From Escherichia coli (GTDB lineage Bacteria; Pseudomonadota; Gammaproteobacteria; Enterobacterales; Enterobacteriaceae): a stretch of DNA of 64,000 nucleotides. Both the position numbers and the translations under genes were made by a program. Shown here one piece after another: positions 35,861 to 48,263 of the stretch; position 1 is the first letter of the stretch; each line of letters begins with the position of its first letter. The stretch lies in assembly GCF_003018255.1 (NCBI RefSeq), contig NZ_CP027440.1, one strand, 5' to 3'. Under the pieces are notes generated by a model, which was not told the DNA's origin, ran no database searches, and was given only the letters and a program-made list of their open reading frames with translations.

Positions 35861-36625
35861 ATGAAAATAATAACCTGCTTTAAGCTGGTGCCTGAAGAAC
35901 AGGACATTGTTGTCACTCCAGAATATACCCTGAATTTCGACAATGCCGACGCCAAAATCAGCCAGTTCGATCTCAATGCCATTGAAGCTGCAAGCCAGCT
36001 TGCAACAGATGACGATGAGATAGCCGCGCTGACCGTCGGCGGCTCTTTGTTGCAGAACTCGAAAGTGCGCAAAGACGTGCTATCCCGCGGGCCGCACAGC
36101 CTGTATATGGTGCAGGATGCACAACTTGAGCATGCACTGCCTCTCGATACCGCAAAGGCGCTGGCGACAGCAGTTGAAAAGATCGGCTTCGATTTACTGA
36201 TCTTTGGTGAAGGTTCCGGCGACCTTTATGCCCAGCAGGTTGGCTTGCTGGTCGGAGAAATTCTGCAACTTCCGGTGATTAATGCAGTGAGTGCCATTCA
36301 GCGTCAGGGCAATACACTGGTGATTGAACGCACGCTTGAAGATGATGTTGAAGTTATTGAACTCTCTGTTCCAGCCGTGCTCTGCGTCACCTCCGATATT
36401 AACGTACCACGTATTCCTTCGATGAAAGCCATCCTCGGCGCGGGTAAAAAACCGGTAAATCAGTGGCAGGCAAGTGATATTGGCTGGAGCCAGAGCGCAC
36501 CACTTGCTGAACTGACCGGCATTCGCGTACCGCCGCAAACAGAACGTAAGCACATCATTCTCGATAACGATTCGCCGGAGGCCATTGCCGAGCTGGCAGA
36601 ACATCTGAAGAAAGCCCTGAACTGA
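35861..36625 (+). CDS. ydiQ: Electron transfer flavoprotein beta-subunit-like protein, 254 aa
   Basis: Track ORF begins at 35762; the ATG at 35861 follows an AGGAG RBS and gives MKIITCFKLV. Confidence 0.85.
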   Translation: MKIITCFKLVPEEQDIVVTPEYTLNFDNADAKISQFDLNAIEAASQLATDDDEIAALTVGGSLLQNSKVRKDVLSRGPHSLYMVQDAQLEHALPLDTAKALATAVEKIGFDLLIFGEGSGDLYAQQVGLLVGEILQLPVINAVSAIQRQGNTLVIERTLEDDVEVIELSVPAVLCVTSDINVPRIPSMKAILGAGKKPVNQWQASDIGWSQSAPLAELTGIRVPPQTERKHIILDNDSPEAIAELAEHLKKALN

Positions 36626-36644
36626 AGCCTACGGAGAAGAAACG

Positions 36645-37583
36645 ATGAGTCAATTAAACAGCGTCTGGGTCTTTAGCGATAATCCTGAACGTTATGCTGA
36701 ACTGTTTGGCGGCGCTCAGCAATGGGGCCAACAGGTGTATGCCATTGTACAAAATACCGACCAGGCGCAGACAGTTATGCCTTATGGGCCAAAATGCATT
36801 TATGTTCTTGCGCAAAACGACGCGCTGCAACGTACTGAAAATTACGCCGAAAGCATTGCTGCCCTGCTGAAAGATAAACACCCTTCTATGTTGCTGCTGG
36901 CCGCGACGAAACGCGGTAAAGCTCTGGCTGCACGGTTAAGTGTGCAACTGAATGCGGCGCTGGTGAACGATGCCACTGCGGTGGATATTGTCGATGGTCA
37001 CATTTGCGCCGAACACCGGATGTATGGCGGGTTAGCGTTCGCACAGGAAAAGATCAATAGCCCGCTGGCGATCATTACCCTTGCGCCCGGTGTTCAGGAA
37101 CCGTGCACCAGTGATACCTCTAATCAGTGTCCGACAGAAACGGTACCTTATGTTGCCCCGCGTCATGAAATTCTCTGTCGCGAACGCCGTGCGAAAGCGG
37201 CAAGCAGCGTGGACCTGAGCAAAGCAAAACGTGTGGTTGGCGTCGGTCGTGGTCTGGCAGCGCAGGATGACCTGAAAATGGTCCACGAACTGGCGGCGGT
37301 GCTGAATGCTGAAGTCGGCTGTTCACGTCCAATTGCCGAAGGCGAGAACTGGATGGAGCGTGAACGTTATATCGGTGTCTCCGGCGTGTTGCTGAAATCC
37401 GATCTCTACCTGACGCTGGGGATCTCCGGGCAGATCCAGCATATGGTTGGCGGCAACGGCGCAAAAGTGATTGTCGCCATTAATAAAGATAAAAATGCGC
37501 CAATCTTCAACTATGCCGACTACGGTCTGGTGGGCGATATCTACAAAGTCGTCCCTGCCCTGATTAGCCAGTTGAGTCGCTGA
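36645..37583 (+). CDS. ydiR: Electron transfer flavoprotein alpha-subunit-like protein, 312 aa
   Basis: ETF-alpha-like sequence; synteny. Confidence 0.9.
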   Translation: MSQLNSVWVFSDNPERYAELFGGAQQWGQQVYAIVQNTDQAQTVMPYGPKCIYVLAQNDALQRTENYAESIAALLKDKHPSMLLLAATKRGKALAARLSVQLNAALVNDATAVDIVDGHICAEHRMYGGLAFAQEKINSPLAIITLAPGVQEPCTSDTSNQCPTETVPYVAPRHEILCRERRAKAASSVDLSKAKRVVGVGRGLAAQDDLKMVHELAAVLNAEVGCSRPIAEGENWMERERYIGVSGVLLKSDLYLTLGISGQIQHMVGGNGAKVIVAINKDKNAPIFNYADYGLVGDIYKVVPALISQLSR

Positions 37584-37637
37584 TTCCCTTTCAACCACAT
37601 CTCCCGCTGTAAACGCAGCGGGAAGGGAGCATAACGC

Positions 37638-38927
37638 ATGTCGGATGACAAATTTGATGCCATTGTGGTCGGTGCGGGCGTTGCCGGTAGCGTTGCCGCA
37701 CTGGTCATGGCGCGAGCCGGGCTGGATGTCCTGGTGATAGAACGCGGCGACAGTGCCGGATGTAAAAACATGACCGGCGGGCGTCTTTATGCCCACACAC
37801 TTGACGCAATTATTCCAGGCTTTGCAGCATCAGCGCCGGTAGAACGCAAGGTCACACGCGAGAAAATCTCCTTCTTAACCGAAGAAAGCGCCGTTACCCT
37901 CGATTTTCACCGCGAGCAACCAGATGTTCCGCAACACGCGTCTTATACCGTATTGCGTAATCGTCTGGACCCGTGGTTGATGGAACAAGCCGAGCAGGCG
38001 GGCGCGCAGTTTATCCCGGGCGTACGCGTCGATGCACTGGTTCGTGAAGGAAACAAGGTCACTGGCGTCCAGGCCGGGGATGATATTCTCGAAGCGAATG
38101 TGGTGATTCTGGCTGATGGCGTTAACTCGATGCTTGGCCGCTCGCTGGGAATGGTTTCCGCTTCCGATCCGCATCATTACGCTGTTGGTGTTAAAGAGGT
38201 TATAGGCCTGACACCAGAACAGATCAACGATCGCTTTAATGTTACGGGCGAGGAAGGTGCCGCCTGGCTGTTTGCCGGTTCCCCTTCTGACGGCCTGATG
38301 GGCGGCGGATTCCTCTATACCAACAAAGATTCCGTATCGTTGGGGCTGGTTTGTGGATTGGGTGATATCGCCCATGCGCAAAAAAGTGTGCCGCAAATGC
38401 TGGAAGATTTTAAACAACACCCCGCCATTCGCCCGCTGATTAGCGGCGGCAAACTGCTTGAATACTCCGCGCATATGGTGCCGGAGGGCGGTCTGGCAAT
38501 GGTGCCGCAGCTGGTTAACGATGGCGTGATGATCGTTGGTGACGCCGCAGGCTTCTGCCTGAATTTGGGTTTTACGGTCCGCGGCATGGATTTAGCCATT
38601 GCATCGGCTCAGGCTGCCGCCACAACAGTGATCGCCGCCAAAGAACGCGCGGATTTCTCCGCCAGCAGTCTTGCGCAATACAAACGTGAGCTGGAACAAA
38701 GCTGCGTCATGCGTGATATGCAGCATTTTCGCAAGATCCCGGCGCTGATGGAAAACCCGCGCCTGTTTAGCCAATACCCACGAATGGTCGCCGACATCAT
38801 GAACGAGATGTTCACCATCGACGGCAAACCTAACCAACCGGTACGCAAAATGATCATGGGACACGCGAAGAAAATTGGACTGATCAACTTGCTGAAAGAT
38901 GGCATTAAGGGAGCAACCGCGCTATGA
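37638..38927 (+). CDS. ydiS: FAD-dependent oxidoreductase (FixC / ETF-quinone oxidoreductase-like), 429 aa
   Basis: N-terminal FAD motif DAIVVGAGVAGS. Confidence 0.9.
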   Translation: MSDDKFDAIVVGAGVAGSVAALVMARAGLDVLVIERGDSAGCKNMTGGRLYAHTLDAIIPGFAASAPVERKVTREKISFLTEESAVTLDFHREQPDVPQHASYTVLRNRLDPWLMEQAEQAGAQFIPGVRVDALVREGNKVTGVQAGDDILEANVVILADGVNSMLGRSLGMVSASDPHHYAVGVKEVIGLTPEQINDRFNVTGEEGAAWLFAGSPSDGLMGGGFLYTNKDSVSLGLVCGLGDIAHAQKSVPQMLEDFKQHPAIRPLISGGKLLEYSAHMVPEGGLAMVPQLVNDGVMIVGDAAGFCLNLGFTVRGMDLAIASAQAAATTVIAAKERADFSASSLAQYKRELEQSCVMRDMQHFRKIPALMENPRLFSQYPRMVADIMNEMFTIDGKPNQPVRKMIMGHAKKIGLINLLKDGIKGATAL

Positions 38928-39217
38928 GCCAGAACGCTACGGTTAACGTCGACATCAAATTAGGCGTAAATAAATTCCATGTTGATGAGGGCCACCCGCA
39001 TATCATTCTGGCGGCAAATCCCGATATCAATGAATTCCGTAAATTAATGAAAGCCTGCCCTGCCGGACTTTATAAGCAGGATGACGCAGGAAACATTCAT
39101 TTCGATTCCGCCGGTTGTCTGGAGTGCGGCACCTGTCGGGTGCTGTGCGGCAACACTATTCTCGAACAGTGGCAATATCCCGCAGGCACCTTCGGTATTG
39201 AATTTCGCTACGGCTAA
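38924..39217 (+). CDS. ydiT: FixX-type ferredoxin-like protein, 97 aa
   Basis: CxxCxxC cysteine motif; start overlaps ydiS stop (ATGA). Confidence 0.85.
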   Translation: MSQNATVNVDIKLGVNKFHVDEGHPHIILAANPDINEFRKLMKACPAGLYKQDDAGNIHFDSAGCLECGTCRVLCGNTILEQWQYPAGTFGIEFRYG

Positions 39218-39219
39218 TC

Positions 39220-40920
39220 ATGCATCCCACAGGCCCGCATCTCGGGCCTGATGTTCTGTTTCGAGAGTCCAAAATGAAAGTGACATTAACGTTCAACGAA
39301 CAACGTCGTGCGGCGTATCGTCAGCAAGGGTTATGGGGCGATGCTTCACTGGCCGATTACTGGCAGCAGACCGCTCGTGCGATGCCAGACAAAATTGCCG
39401 TGGTCGACAATCATGGTGCAACGTACACTTATAGCGCGCTCGATCACGCCGCGAGCTGTCTGGCAAACTGGATGTTAGCGAAGGGTATTGAATCAGGCGA
39501 TCGCATCGCATTTCAACTGCCAGGCTGGTGTGAATTTACCGTTATCTATCTTGCCTGCCTGAAAACCGGTGCGGTTTCCGTGCCGCTGTTGCCTTCCTGG
39601 CGAGAAGCAGAACTGGTGTGGGTGCTCAATAAGTGTCAGGCAAAAATGTTCTTTGCACCGACGTTGTTTAAACAAACGCGTCCGGTAGATTTAATCCTGC
39701 CGCTGCAAAATCAGCTTCCACAACTACAACAAATTGTCGGCGTGGACAAACTGGCTCCCGCCACCTCTGCTCTCTCATTAAGTCAGATTATCGCCGACAA
39801 TACTCCTCTGACCACGGCGATAACGGTCCACGGCGATGAATTAGCCGCGGTGCTGTTTACCTCCGGAACCGAGGGTCTGCCAAAGGGCGTGATGCTAACG
39901 CATAACAATATTCTCGCCAGTGAGCGGGCTTATTGCGCGCGGCTAAATCTGACCTGGCAGGATGTCTTTATGATGCCTGCGCCACTTGGTCACGCAACGG
40001 GCTTTCTGCATGGCGTAACAGCACCTTTTTTGATTGGTGCTCGCAGCGTGTTGTTAGATATTTTCACTCCTGCTGCGTGTCTCGCGCTGCTTGAGCAGCA
40101 GCGTTGCACCTGTATGCTCGGCGCAACGCCGTTTGTCTATGATCTTTTGAATTTACTGGAGAAACAGCCCGCAGACCTTTCAGCGCTGCGTTTCTTTCTT
40201 TGCGGCGGTACCACAATCCCCAAAAAAGTGGCGCGTGAATGCCAGCAGCGCGGCATTAAATTATTAAGTGTTTATGGTTCCACAGAAAGTTCGCCGCATG
40301 CGGTGGTGAATCTCGATGATCCTTTGTCGCGCTTTATACACACCGATGGTTACGCTGCCGCAGGTGTAGAGATTAAAGTGGTCGATGACGCACGCAAGAC
40401 TTTACCGCCAGGTTGCGAAGGTGAAGAAGCCTCGCGTGGCCCCAATGTGTTTATGGGGTATTTTGATGAACCTGAATTAACCGCCCGTGCGCTGGATGAA
40501 GAAGGCTGGTATTACAGCGGCGATCTCTGCCGCATGGATGAGGCTGGCTATATAAAAATAACCGGGCGCAAGAAAGATATTATTGTCCGCGGCGGCGAAA
40601 ATATTAGCAGCCGTGAAGTAGAAGATATTTTATTGCAGCATCCTAAAATTCACGATGCTTGTGTGGTTGCAATGCCCGATGAACGCTTAGGTGAACGTTC
40701 ATGCGCTTATGTCGTGCTGAAAGCACCGCATCATTCATTATCGCTGGAAGATGTAGTGGCATTTTTTAGCCGTAAACGGGTCGCGAAATATAAATATCCT
40801 GAACATATCGTGGTAATCGAAAAACTACCGCGCACAGCCTCAGGTAAAATACAAAAGTTTTTGTTAAGGAAAGATATTATGCGGCGATTAACTCAGGATG
40901 TCTGTGAAGAGATTGAATAA
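39220..40920 (+). CDS. fadK: Short/medium-chain acyl-CoA synthetase, 566 aa (alternative start at 39274 would give 548 aa)
   Basis: AMP-binding motif FTSGTEGLPKG; ATG at 39220 lies 2 nt after the ydiT stop. Confidence 0.85.
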   Translation: MHPTGPHLGPDVLFRESKMKVTLTFNEQRRAAYRQQGLWGDASLADYWQQTARAMPDKIAVVDNHGATYTYSALDHAASCLANWMLAKGIESGDRIAFQLPGWCEFTVIYLACLKTGAVSVPLLPSWREAELVWVLNKCQAKMFFAPTLFKQTRPVDLILPLQNQLPQLQQIVGVDKLAPATSALSLSQIIADNTPLTTAITVHGDELAAVLFTSGTEGLPKGVMLTHNNILASERAYCARLNLTWQDVFMMPAPLGHATGFLHGVTAPFLIGARSVLLDIFTPAACLALLEQQRCTCMLGATPFVYDLLNLLEKQPADLSALRFFLCGGTTIPKKVARECQQRGIKLLSVYGSTESSPHAVVNLDDPLSRFIHTDGYAAAGVEIKVVDDARKTLPPGCEGEEASRGPNVFMGYFDEPELTARALDEEGWYYSGDLCRMDEAGYIKITGRKKDIIVRGGENISSREVEDILLQHPKIHDACVVAMPDERLGERSCAYVVLKAPHHSLSLEDVVAFFSRKRVAKYKYPEHIVVIEKLPRTASGKIQKFLLRKDIMRRLTQDVCEEIE

Positions 40921-40943
40921 GTTTCATCTTCGGGGATCACATA

Positions 40944-40980
40944 AACCCGGCGACAAAACGCCGCCGGGGATTTATTTTAT
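40944..40980. terminator. Terminator between convergent fadK and ppsA
   Basis: Stem cccggcg/cgccggg followed by gatttattttatttc; the T tract overlaps the ppsA stop. Confidence 0.55.
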
Positions 40981-43355
40981 TTCTTCAGTTCAGCCAGGCT
41001 TAACCAGGTTTGCACCACGGTATCCGGGTTCAGAGACAGGCTATCGATCCCCTCTTCCATCAACCATGCGGCAAAGTCTTCGTGGTCGGACGGACCCTGA
41101 CCGCAAATCCCGACATATTTGCCCTGTTTCTTCGCGGCACGAATCGCCATCGACAGCAGTGCTTTCACCGCATCGTTGCGCTCATCGAACAGTTCAGACA
41201 CCACTCCGGAGTCACGGTCCAGACCGAGCGCCAGCTGTGTCATGTCGTTTGAGCCAATTGAGAAGCCGTCGAAATATTCGAGGAACTGCTCTGCCAGCAA
41301 GGCGTTGGACGGAATTTCACACATCATGATGATTTTCAGCCCGTTCTCACCACGTTTCAGCCCCTGACGCGCCAGTTCCTCAACCACCGCTTTCGCCTGA
41401 TCTACGGTACGCACGAACGGGATCATGATCTCAACGTTGGTCAGCCCCATGTCGTTGCGCACACGTTTCACTGCTTCACACTCCAGCGCGAAGCAGTCGC
41501 GGAAGCTGTCGGAAACATAGCGGCCCGCGCCACGGAAGCCGAGCATCGGGTTCTCTTCATCTGGCTCGTAACGCTCACCACCGACCAGGTTGGCATATTC
41601 GTTCGATTTAAAATCAGAGAGACGGACAATGACGCGCTTCGGATAAAACGCGGCACCCAGCGTCGCGATCCCTTCAGTCAGACGCCCAACGTAAAATTCA
41701 CGCGGAGAATCAAAACCTTTCATCATCTCGCGGATTTCGTTTTGCAACTGCGGTTCCTGATCGTCAAACTCAAGCAGTGCGCGTGGGTGGACGCCAATCA
41801 TACGGTTGATGATAAATTCCAGACGCGCAAGGCCGACGCCTTCGTTCGGCAGGCAGGCGAAGTCGAAAGCACGGTCCGGGTTACCGACGTTCATCATCAC
41901 CTTCAACGGCAGATCAGGCATCGTTTCTACGCTGGAGCTTTTCACGCTAAATTCCAGCAACTCCGCATAGACGTAACCGGTATCACCTTCGGCACAAGAA
42001 ACAGTGACGTTCTCACCGTCTTTCATCCGTTCTGTTGCATCACCACAGCCCACTACCGCCGGAATGCCGAGTTCACGAGCGATGATCGCCGCGTGACAGG
42101 TACGACCGCCACGGTTGGTGACGATGGCAGATGCTTTCTTCATGATCGGTTCCCAGTCCGGGTCGGTCATGTCAGTGACCAGCACGTCTCCAGGTTCGAT
42201 GCGGTTCATTTCGCTGATGTCATGGATGACTTTCACCGGACCCGCACCGATGCGATGACCGATAGCACGGCCTTCGGCGATAATCTTACCCTGTGAATGC
42301 AGCGTATAACGCTCCATGACCTGACCGCGTGAGCGCACGGTTTCCGGACGCGCCTGCACAATGAACAGTTTACCGGTGTGGCCATCTTTCGCCCACTCAA
42401 TATCCATTGGGCGACCGTAGTGTTTCTCAATTTGTACGGCCTGTTTTGCCAGTTCCTGCACTTCTTCGTTGGTCAGCGAGAAGATGTCACGCTGTTCTTG
42501 CGGTACGTCCTCGATTTTAACCTGCTTGCCGTGCTCCTGGGTCGGCGCGTAAACCATGCGGATTTTTTTCGACCCCATGGTGCGGCGCACGATAGCCGGG
42601 CGATTCGCCGCCAGTGTCGGTTTGTGCACGTAAAACTCATCCGGGTTAACCGCACCCTGCACGACCATTTCACCAAGGCCCCATGCGGAAGTGATAAACA
42701 CCACCTGGTCAAAGCCGGATTCGGTATCAATGGAGAACATCACGCCAGAAGATGCGAGGTCGGAGCGCACCATCCGCTGAACACCGGCGGACAGCGCCAC
42801 GCCACGGTGATCGTAACCCTGGTGCACACGATAAGAGATGGCGCGATCGTTAAACAGAGAAGCAAATACATGTTTCACAGCCACGAGAACGGCGTCAAAA
42901 CCCTGAACGTTGAGGAAAGTTTCCTGCTGACCGGCAAAAGAAGCGTCCGGCATATCTTCTGCAGTAGCGGAGGAACGCACCGCAAACGAGGCGTTTTCGT
43001 CATCGGCGGAAAGCTGTGCATAGGCTTCGCGGATGGCGTTTTCCAGCTCAGGCTGGAAGGGAGTGTCGATAATCCACTGGCGGATTTGCGCGCCCGCTTT
43101 CGCAAGCTGGGTAACATCGTCAATATCCGTTTTATCCAGCAGTTCATAAATGCGCTGGTTTACGCCGCTTTGGTCCAGAAACTGGTTAAACGCGTCGGCG
43201 GTTGTGGCGAAACCATTCGGAACGGAAACACCCATTCCGGAAAGGTTAGTAATCATTTCACCCAGGGAGGCATTTTTGCCCCCAACCCTGTCTACATCAT
43301 TCATGCCGAGTTGGTTATACCAAAGCACCAGCGGTGACGAGCCATTGTTGGACAT
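40977..43355 (-). CDS. ppsA: Phosphoenolpyruvate synthase, 792 aa
   Basis: Pyruvate,water dikinase sequence recognised; full-length ORF. Confidence 0.95.
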   Translation of the reverse strand: MSNNGSSPLVLWYNQLGMNDVDRVGGKNASLGEMITNLSGMGVSVPNGFATTADAFNQFLDQSGVNQRIYELLDKTDIDDVTQLAKAGAQIRQWIIDTPFQPELENAIREAYAQLSADDENASFAVRSSATAEDMPDASFAGQQETFLNVQGFDAVLVAVKHVFASLFNDRAISYRVHQGYDHRGVALSAGVQRMVRSDLASSGVMFSIDTESGFDQVVFITSAWGLGEMVVQGAVNPDEFYVHKPTLAANRPAIVRRTMGSKKIRMVYAPTQEHGKQVKIEDVPQEQRDIFSLTNEEVQELAKQAVQIEKHYGRPMDIEWAKDGHTGKLFIVQARPETVRSRGQVMERYTLHSQGKIIAEGRAIGHRIGAGPVKVIHDISEMNRIEPGDVLVTDMTDPDWEPIMKKASAIVTNRGGRTCHAAIIARELGIPAVVGCGDATERMKDGENVTVSCAEGDTGYVYAELLEFSVKSSSVETMPDLPLKVMMNVGNPDRAFDFACLPNEGVGLARLEFIINRMIGVHPRALLEFDDQEPQLQNEIREMMKGFDSPREFYVGRLTEGIATLGAAFYPKRVIVRLSDFKSNEYANLVGGERYEPDEENPMLGFRGAGRYVSDSFRDCFALECEAVKRVRNDMGLTNVEIMIPFVRTVDQAKAVVEELARQGLKRGENGLKIIMMCEIPSNALLAEQFLEYFDGFSIGSNDMTQLALGLDRDSGVVSELFDERNDAVKALLSMAIRAAKKQGKYVGICGQGPSDHEDFAAWLMEEGIDSLSLNPDTVVQTWLSLAELKK

Positions 43356-43442
43356 CGAACAATCCTTTTGTGATAAATGAACGGTTTGAGAAACACATTT
43401 CTGCGCATTTATCTTTGCATATTTAACCGGATGAAAAAAACG

Positions 43443-43457
43443 GTGAATCGTTCAAGC
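43443..43457. promoter_or_regulatory. Cra (FruR)-like box GTGAATCGTTCAAGC upstream of ppsA
   Basis: Match to the TGAA-N4-TTCA pattern about 90 nt upstream of the ppsA ATG; ppsA is known to be Cra-activated. Confidence 0.45.
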
Positions 43458-43687
43458 AAATATATTTTTTTACTTTTTAAGACTGATCCCAGCGTTGCGC
43501 AAATCTGCTCTCTTCGACAATTTCCACATAAACCATCGGTATAAACGAAACCGTAAAAATGAAATGCTGTTTTCATAAAAAATAAAATTGAAGGTTCATT
43601 TTATAAACCAGACATAACGTTCTACGCTTCTGTGCGTTTTTAATTTATGCTTTCATAGAATTATGTCTGCATCACGGGAAGAACAAA

Positions 43688-44521
43688 ATGGATAATGCTG
43701 TTGATCGCCACGTTTTTTATATTTCTGATGGTACGGCAATAACTGCGGAGGTATTAGGACACGCAGTAATGTCACAATTTCCCGTCACTATCAGCAGCAT
43801 TACGCTGCCGTTTGTCGAAAATGAGAGCCGTGCACGGGCAGTGAAGGATCAGATTGACGCAATTTATCACCAGACAGGTGTGCGCCCGCTGGTCTTCTAC
43901 TCCATCGTGTTGCCGGAGATTCGCGCCATCATCTTGCAAAGTGAGGGCTTTTGCCAGGATATCGTTCAGGCGCTGGTTGCCCCGCTACAACAAGAGATGA
44001 AACTGGATCCAACGCCGATTGCTCATCGTACCCATGGCCTTAACCCTAATAATCTCAATAAATATGATGCGCGCATTGCTGCGATTGATTACACCCTCGC
44101 CCACGATGATGGCATTTCGTTACGCAATCTGGACCAGGCTCAGGTGATCCTGCTCGGCGTTTCTCGCTGTGGTAAAACCCCCACCAGTCTGTATCTGGCA
44201 ATGCAGTTTGGTATCCGCGCGGCAAACTACCCCTTTATTGCCGACGATATGGATAATCTTGTGCTACCCGCGTCGCTCAAACCGCTTCAGCATAAATTGT
44301 TCGGCCTGACTATCGACCCGGAACGTCTGGCGGCGATTCGCGAGGAACGTCGGGAGAACAGTCGCTATGCCTCGCTTCGTCAGTGCAGGATGGAAGTCGC
44401 GGAAGTGGAAGCGTTGTACCGTAAAAATCAGATCCCGTGGATTAACAGTACCAATTATTCGGTAGAAGAGATTGCCACCAAGATCCTCGATATCATGGGC
44501 CTTAGCCGTCGAATGTACTAG
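43688..44521 (+). CDS. ppsR: PEP synthase regulatory protein (bifunctional kinase / pyrophosphorylase), 277 aa
   Basis: P-loop GVSRCGKT; divergent from ppsA. Confidence 0.9.
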
Positions 44522-44534
44522 AGAACTAGTGCAT
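44515..44534. promoter_or_regulatory. TrpR operator of aroH (GTACTAGAGAACTAGTGCAT)
   Basis: Near-palindromic match to the trp operator consensus; overlaps the ppsR stop. Confidence 0.7.
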
Positions 44535-44677
44535 TAGCTTGTTTTTTTGTTATCATGCTAACCACCCGGCGAGGTGTGACACACCTCGCACTTGAAATCA
44601 GCTGCGATTGGTTTATCGTGATGCGCATCACTTCCCGGTAGTCCTGCCGTAGAAGCAACAAATTTCTGAGACTTGTA

Positions 44678-45724
44678 ATGAACAGAACTGACGAACTCCG
44701 TACTGCGCGTATTGAGAGCCTGGTAACGCCCGCCGAACTCGCGCTACGGTATCCCGTAACGCCTGGCGTCGCCACCCATGTCACCGACTCCCGCCGCAGA
44801 ATTGAAAAAATACTGAATGGTGAAGATAAGCGACTGTTGGTCATTATTGGCCCCTGCTCGATCCACGATCTCACCGCTGCAATGGAGTACGCCACCCGTC
44901 TGCAGTCGCTGCGCAACCAGTACCAGTCACGGCTGGAAATCGTAATGCGCACCTATTTTGAAAAACCACGAACTGTTGTCGGCTGGAAAGGGCTAATCTC
45001 CGATCCAGATTTAAACGGCAGCTATCGGGTAAATCACGGTCTGGAGCTGGCGCGCAAATTACTTTTACAGGTAAATGAGCTGGGCGTCCCTACCGCGACT
45101 GAGTTCCTCGATATGGTGACCGGTCAGTTTATTGCTGATTTAATCAGTTGGGGCGCGATTGGCGCACGTACTACCGAAAGTCAGATCCACCGTGAAATGG
45201 CTTCGGCACTCTCCTGTCCGGTAGGTTTTAAAAATGGTACCGATGGCAACACGCGGATTGCCGTGGATGCTATCCGCGCAGCCCGCGCCAGCCATATGTT
45301 CCTCTCGCCAGACAAAAATGGTCAGATGACCATCTATCAGACCAGCGGCAACCCGTATGGCCACATTATTATGCGTGGCGGCAAAAAACCGAATTATCAT
45401 GCCGATGATATCGCCGCAGCCTGCGATACGCTGCACGAGTTTGATTTACCTGAACATCTGGTGGTGGATTTCAGCCACGGTAACTGCCAGAAGCAGCACC
45501 GACGCCAGTTAGAAGTTTGTGAGGATATTTGTCAGCAAATCCGCAATGGATCTACGGCGATTGCTGGAATTATGGCGGAAAGTTTCCTGCGCGAAGGAAC
45601 GCAAAAAATCGTCGGCGGTCAGCCGCTCACTTACGGTCAATCCATTACCGACCCGTGTCTGGGCTGGGAAGATACCGAACGCCTGGTCGAAAAACTCGCC
45701 TCTGCGGTAGATACTCGCTTCTGA
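44678..45724 (+). CDS. aroH: DAHP synthase, Trp-sensitive isozyme, 348 aa
   Basis: Class I DAHP synthase sequence; TrpR operator upstream. Confidence 0.95.
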   Translation: MNRTDELRTARIESLVTPAELALRYPVTPGVATHVTDSRRRIEKILNGEDKRLLVIIGPCSIHDLTAAMEYATRLQSLRNQYQSRLEIVMRTYFEKPRTVVGWKGLISDPDLNGSYRVNHGLELARKLLLQVNELGVPTATEFLDMVTGQFIADLISWGAIGARTTESQIHREMASALSCPVGFKNGTDGNTRIAVDAIRAARASHMFLSPDKNGQMTIYQTSGNPYGHIIMRGGKKPNYHADDIAAACDTLHEFDLPEHLVVDFSHGNCQKQHRRQLEVCEDICQQIRNGSTAIAGIMAESFLREGTQKIVGGQPLTYGQSITDPCLGWEDTERLVEKLASAVDTRF

Positions 45725-45730
45725 ATGCGT

Positions 45731-45758
45731 GCCCATTCCTGACGGGATGGGCATTTCT
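45731..45758 (+). terminator. Terminator hairpin after aroH
   Basis: Stem gcccattcc/ggatgggc followed by atttctg. Confidence 0.5.
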
Positions 45759-45855
45759 GCGCAACTTGTTGTCTTCTCAACAAATTACTGCTTGCTCTGG
45801 CCCGCCATAATATTGATAATAAGAATCATTGTTATATAAATTATTATTAATTTTT

Positions 45856-46047
45856 ATGCGTTATACGGATAGCAGAAAACTCACGCCTGAAACGGATGCC
45901 AATCACAAGACCGCTTCCCCGCAGCCCATCCGGCGAATTACCAGCCAGACACTGTTAGGTCCGGATGGCAAACTGATTATCGATCATGACGGGCAAGAAT
46001 ATCTGCTCCGTAAAACTCAGGCTGGCAAGCTGCTGTTGACCAAGTAA
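45856..46047 (+). CDS. ydiE: HemP/HmuP-like small protein, 63 aa
   Basis: Track ORF begins at a TTG at 45829; the ATG at 45856 gives MRYTDSRKL. Confidence 0.75.
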   Translation: MRYTDSRKLTPETDANHKTASPQPIRRITSQTLLGPDGKLIIDHDGQEYLLRKTQAGKLLLTK

Positions 46048-46050
46048 CCT

Positions 46051-47526
<1,476 letters not shown>

Positions 47527-47549
47527 TTAAACACCAGCAAACAGGAGGG

Positions 47550-48263
47550 TTATCGCTGAACCAACGTCGTTATCTGATTTACAGGAACGGCAGGCCACAG
47601 GCATCCCTGGAGAGCATGGAAATCAAAGGGGGTAATCTGTGCCATTATTTCTGGCGTATCAATGCCCCCCGCGATGATGCAATTGCAACATGGGGAAATT
47701 TGAGCCTGGATCGCACGAATAAACGGTTCGAAGGAGCGATGCGTGATTTGTTGCTGAATAAAACTTTTATCCAGCATGACGCGGGTGAAAAGACCATCAA
47801 AAACCGCTTTCATTGTGCTATTGCCTGCGCCCAAATTACCTAACACAAGGGGATACATTTGCGATAAGGACAAAAGATCGCGATTATCTTTTCCTTCATC
47901 GAGATGCGGGTAATTCTCATTAATCAACAGTTCAATAAACGGATATTTTAATAGTTCGCCTGCGTAATTATCCCTGTCTAATAATAATGTAGCCACTTGT
48001 GGCGTTAAATTAAGCCAGGCAAAGAGTTTATGTTGAATAAAAAAGTGTTGGCATGATTTTAGTAATTCCAACTGCTCTGAAAATAATTGCCAATGTTGCT
48101 CCTCGGTAAGTTGCGCTATAACCCGACTCGTCGGGATACGAACCGTACCATCTTCACTGGAGAAATGGGTAATTAACTCAACGCCGACAAGGTCTTGCTG
48201 GTTATCTCTTATCGGCAGGAAATAGCAATCAGAATGATAAAGATTCTCCAAAAAAATCTTCAT
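47550..48263 (-). CDS. ydiV: Degenerate EAL-domain protein, anti-FlhD4C2 factor, 237 aa
   Basis: EAL-like fold recognisable; AT-rich codon usage; synteny. Confidence 0.9.
   Translation of the reverse strand: MKIFLENLYHSDCYFLPIRDNQQDLVGVELITHFSSEDGTVRIPTSRVIAQLTEEQHWQLFSEQLELLKSCQHFFIQHKLFAWLNLTPQVATLLLDRDNYAGELLKYPFIELLINENYPHLDEGKDNRDLLSLSQMYPLVLGNLGAGNSTMKAVFDGLFTRVMLDKSFIQQQITHRSFEPFIRAIQAQISPCCNCIIAGGIDTPEIMAQITPFDFHALQGCLWPAVPVNQITTLVQR

Noticed and set aside
42378-43337. 319-aa plus-strand ORF, and 184-aa ORF at 41742..42296, antisense to ppsA
   Set aside because: Inside the ppsA coding region on the opposite strand; no RBS; shadow frames.
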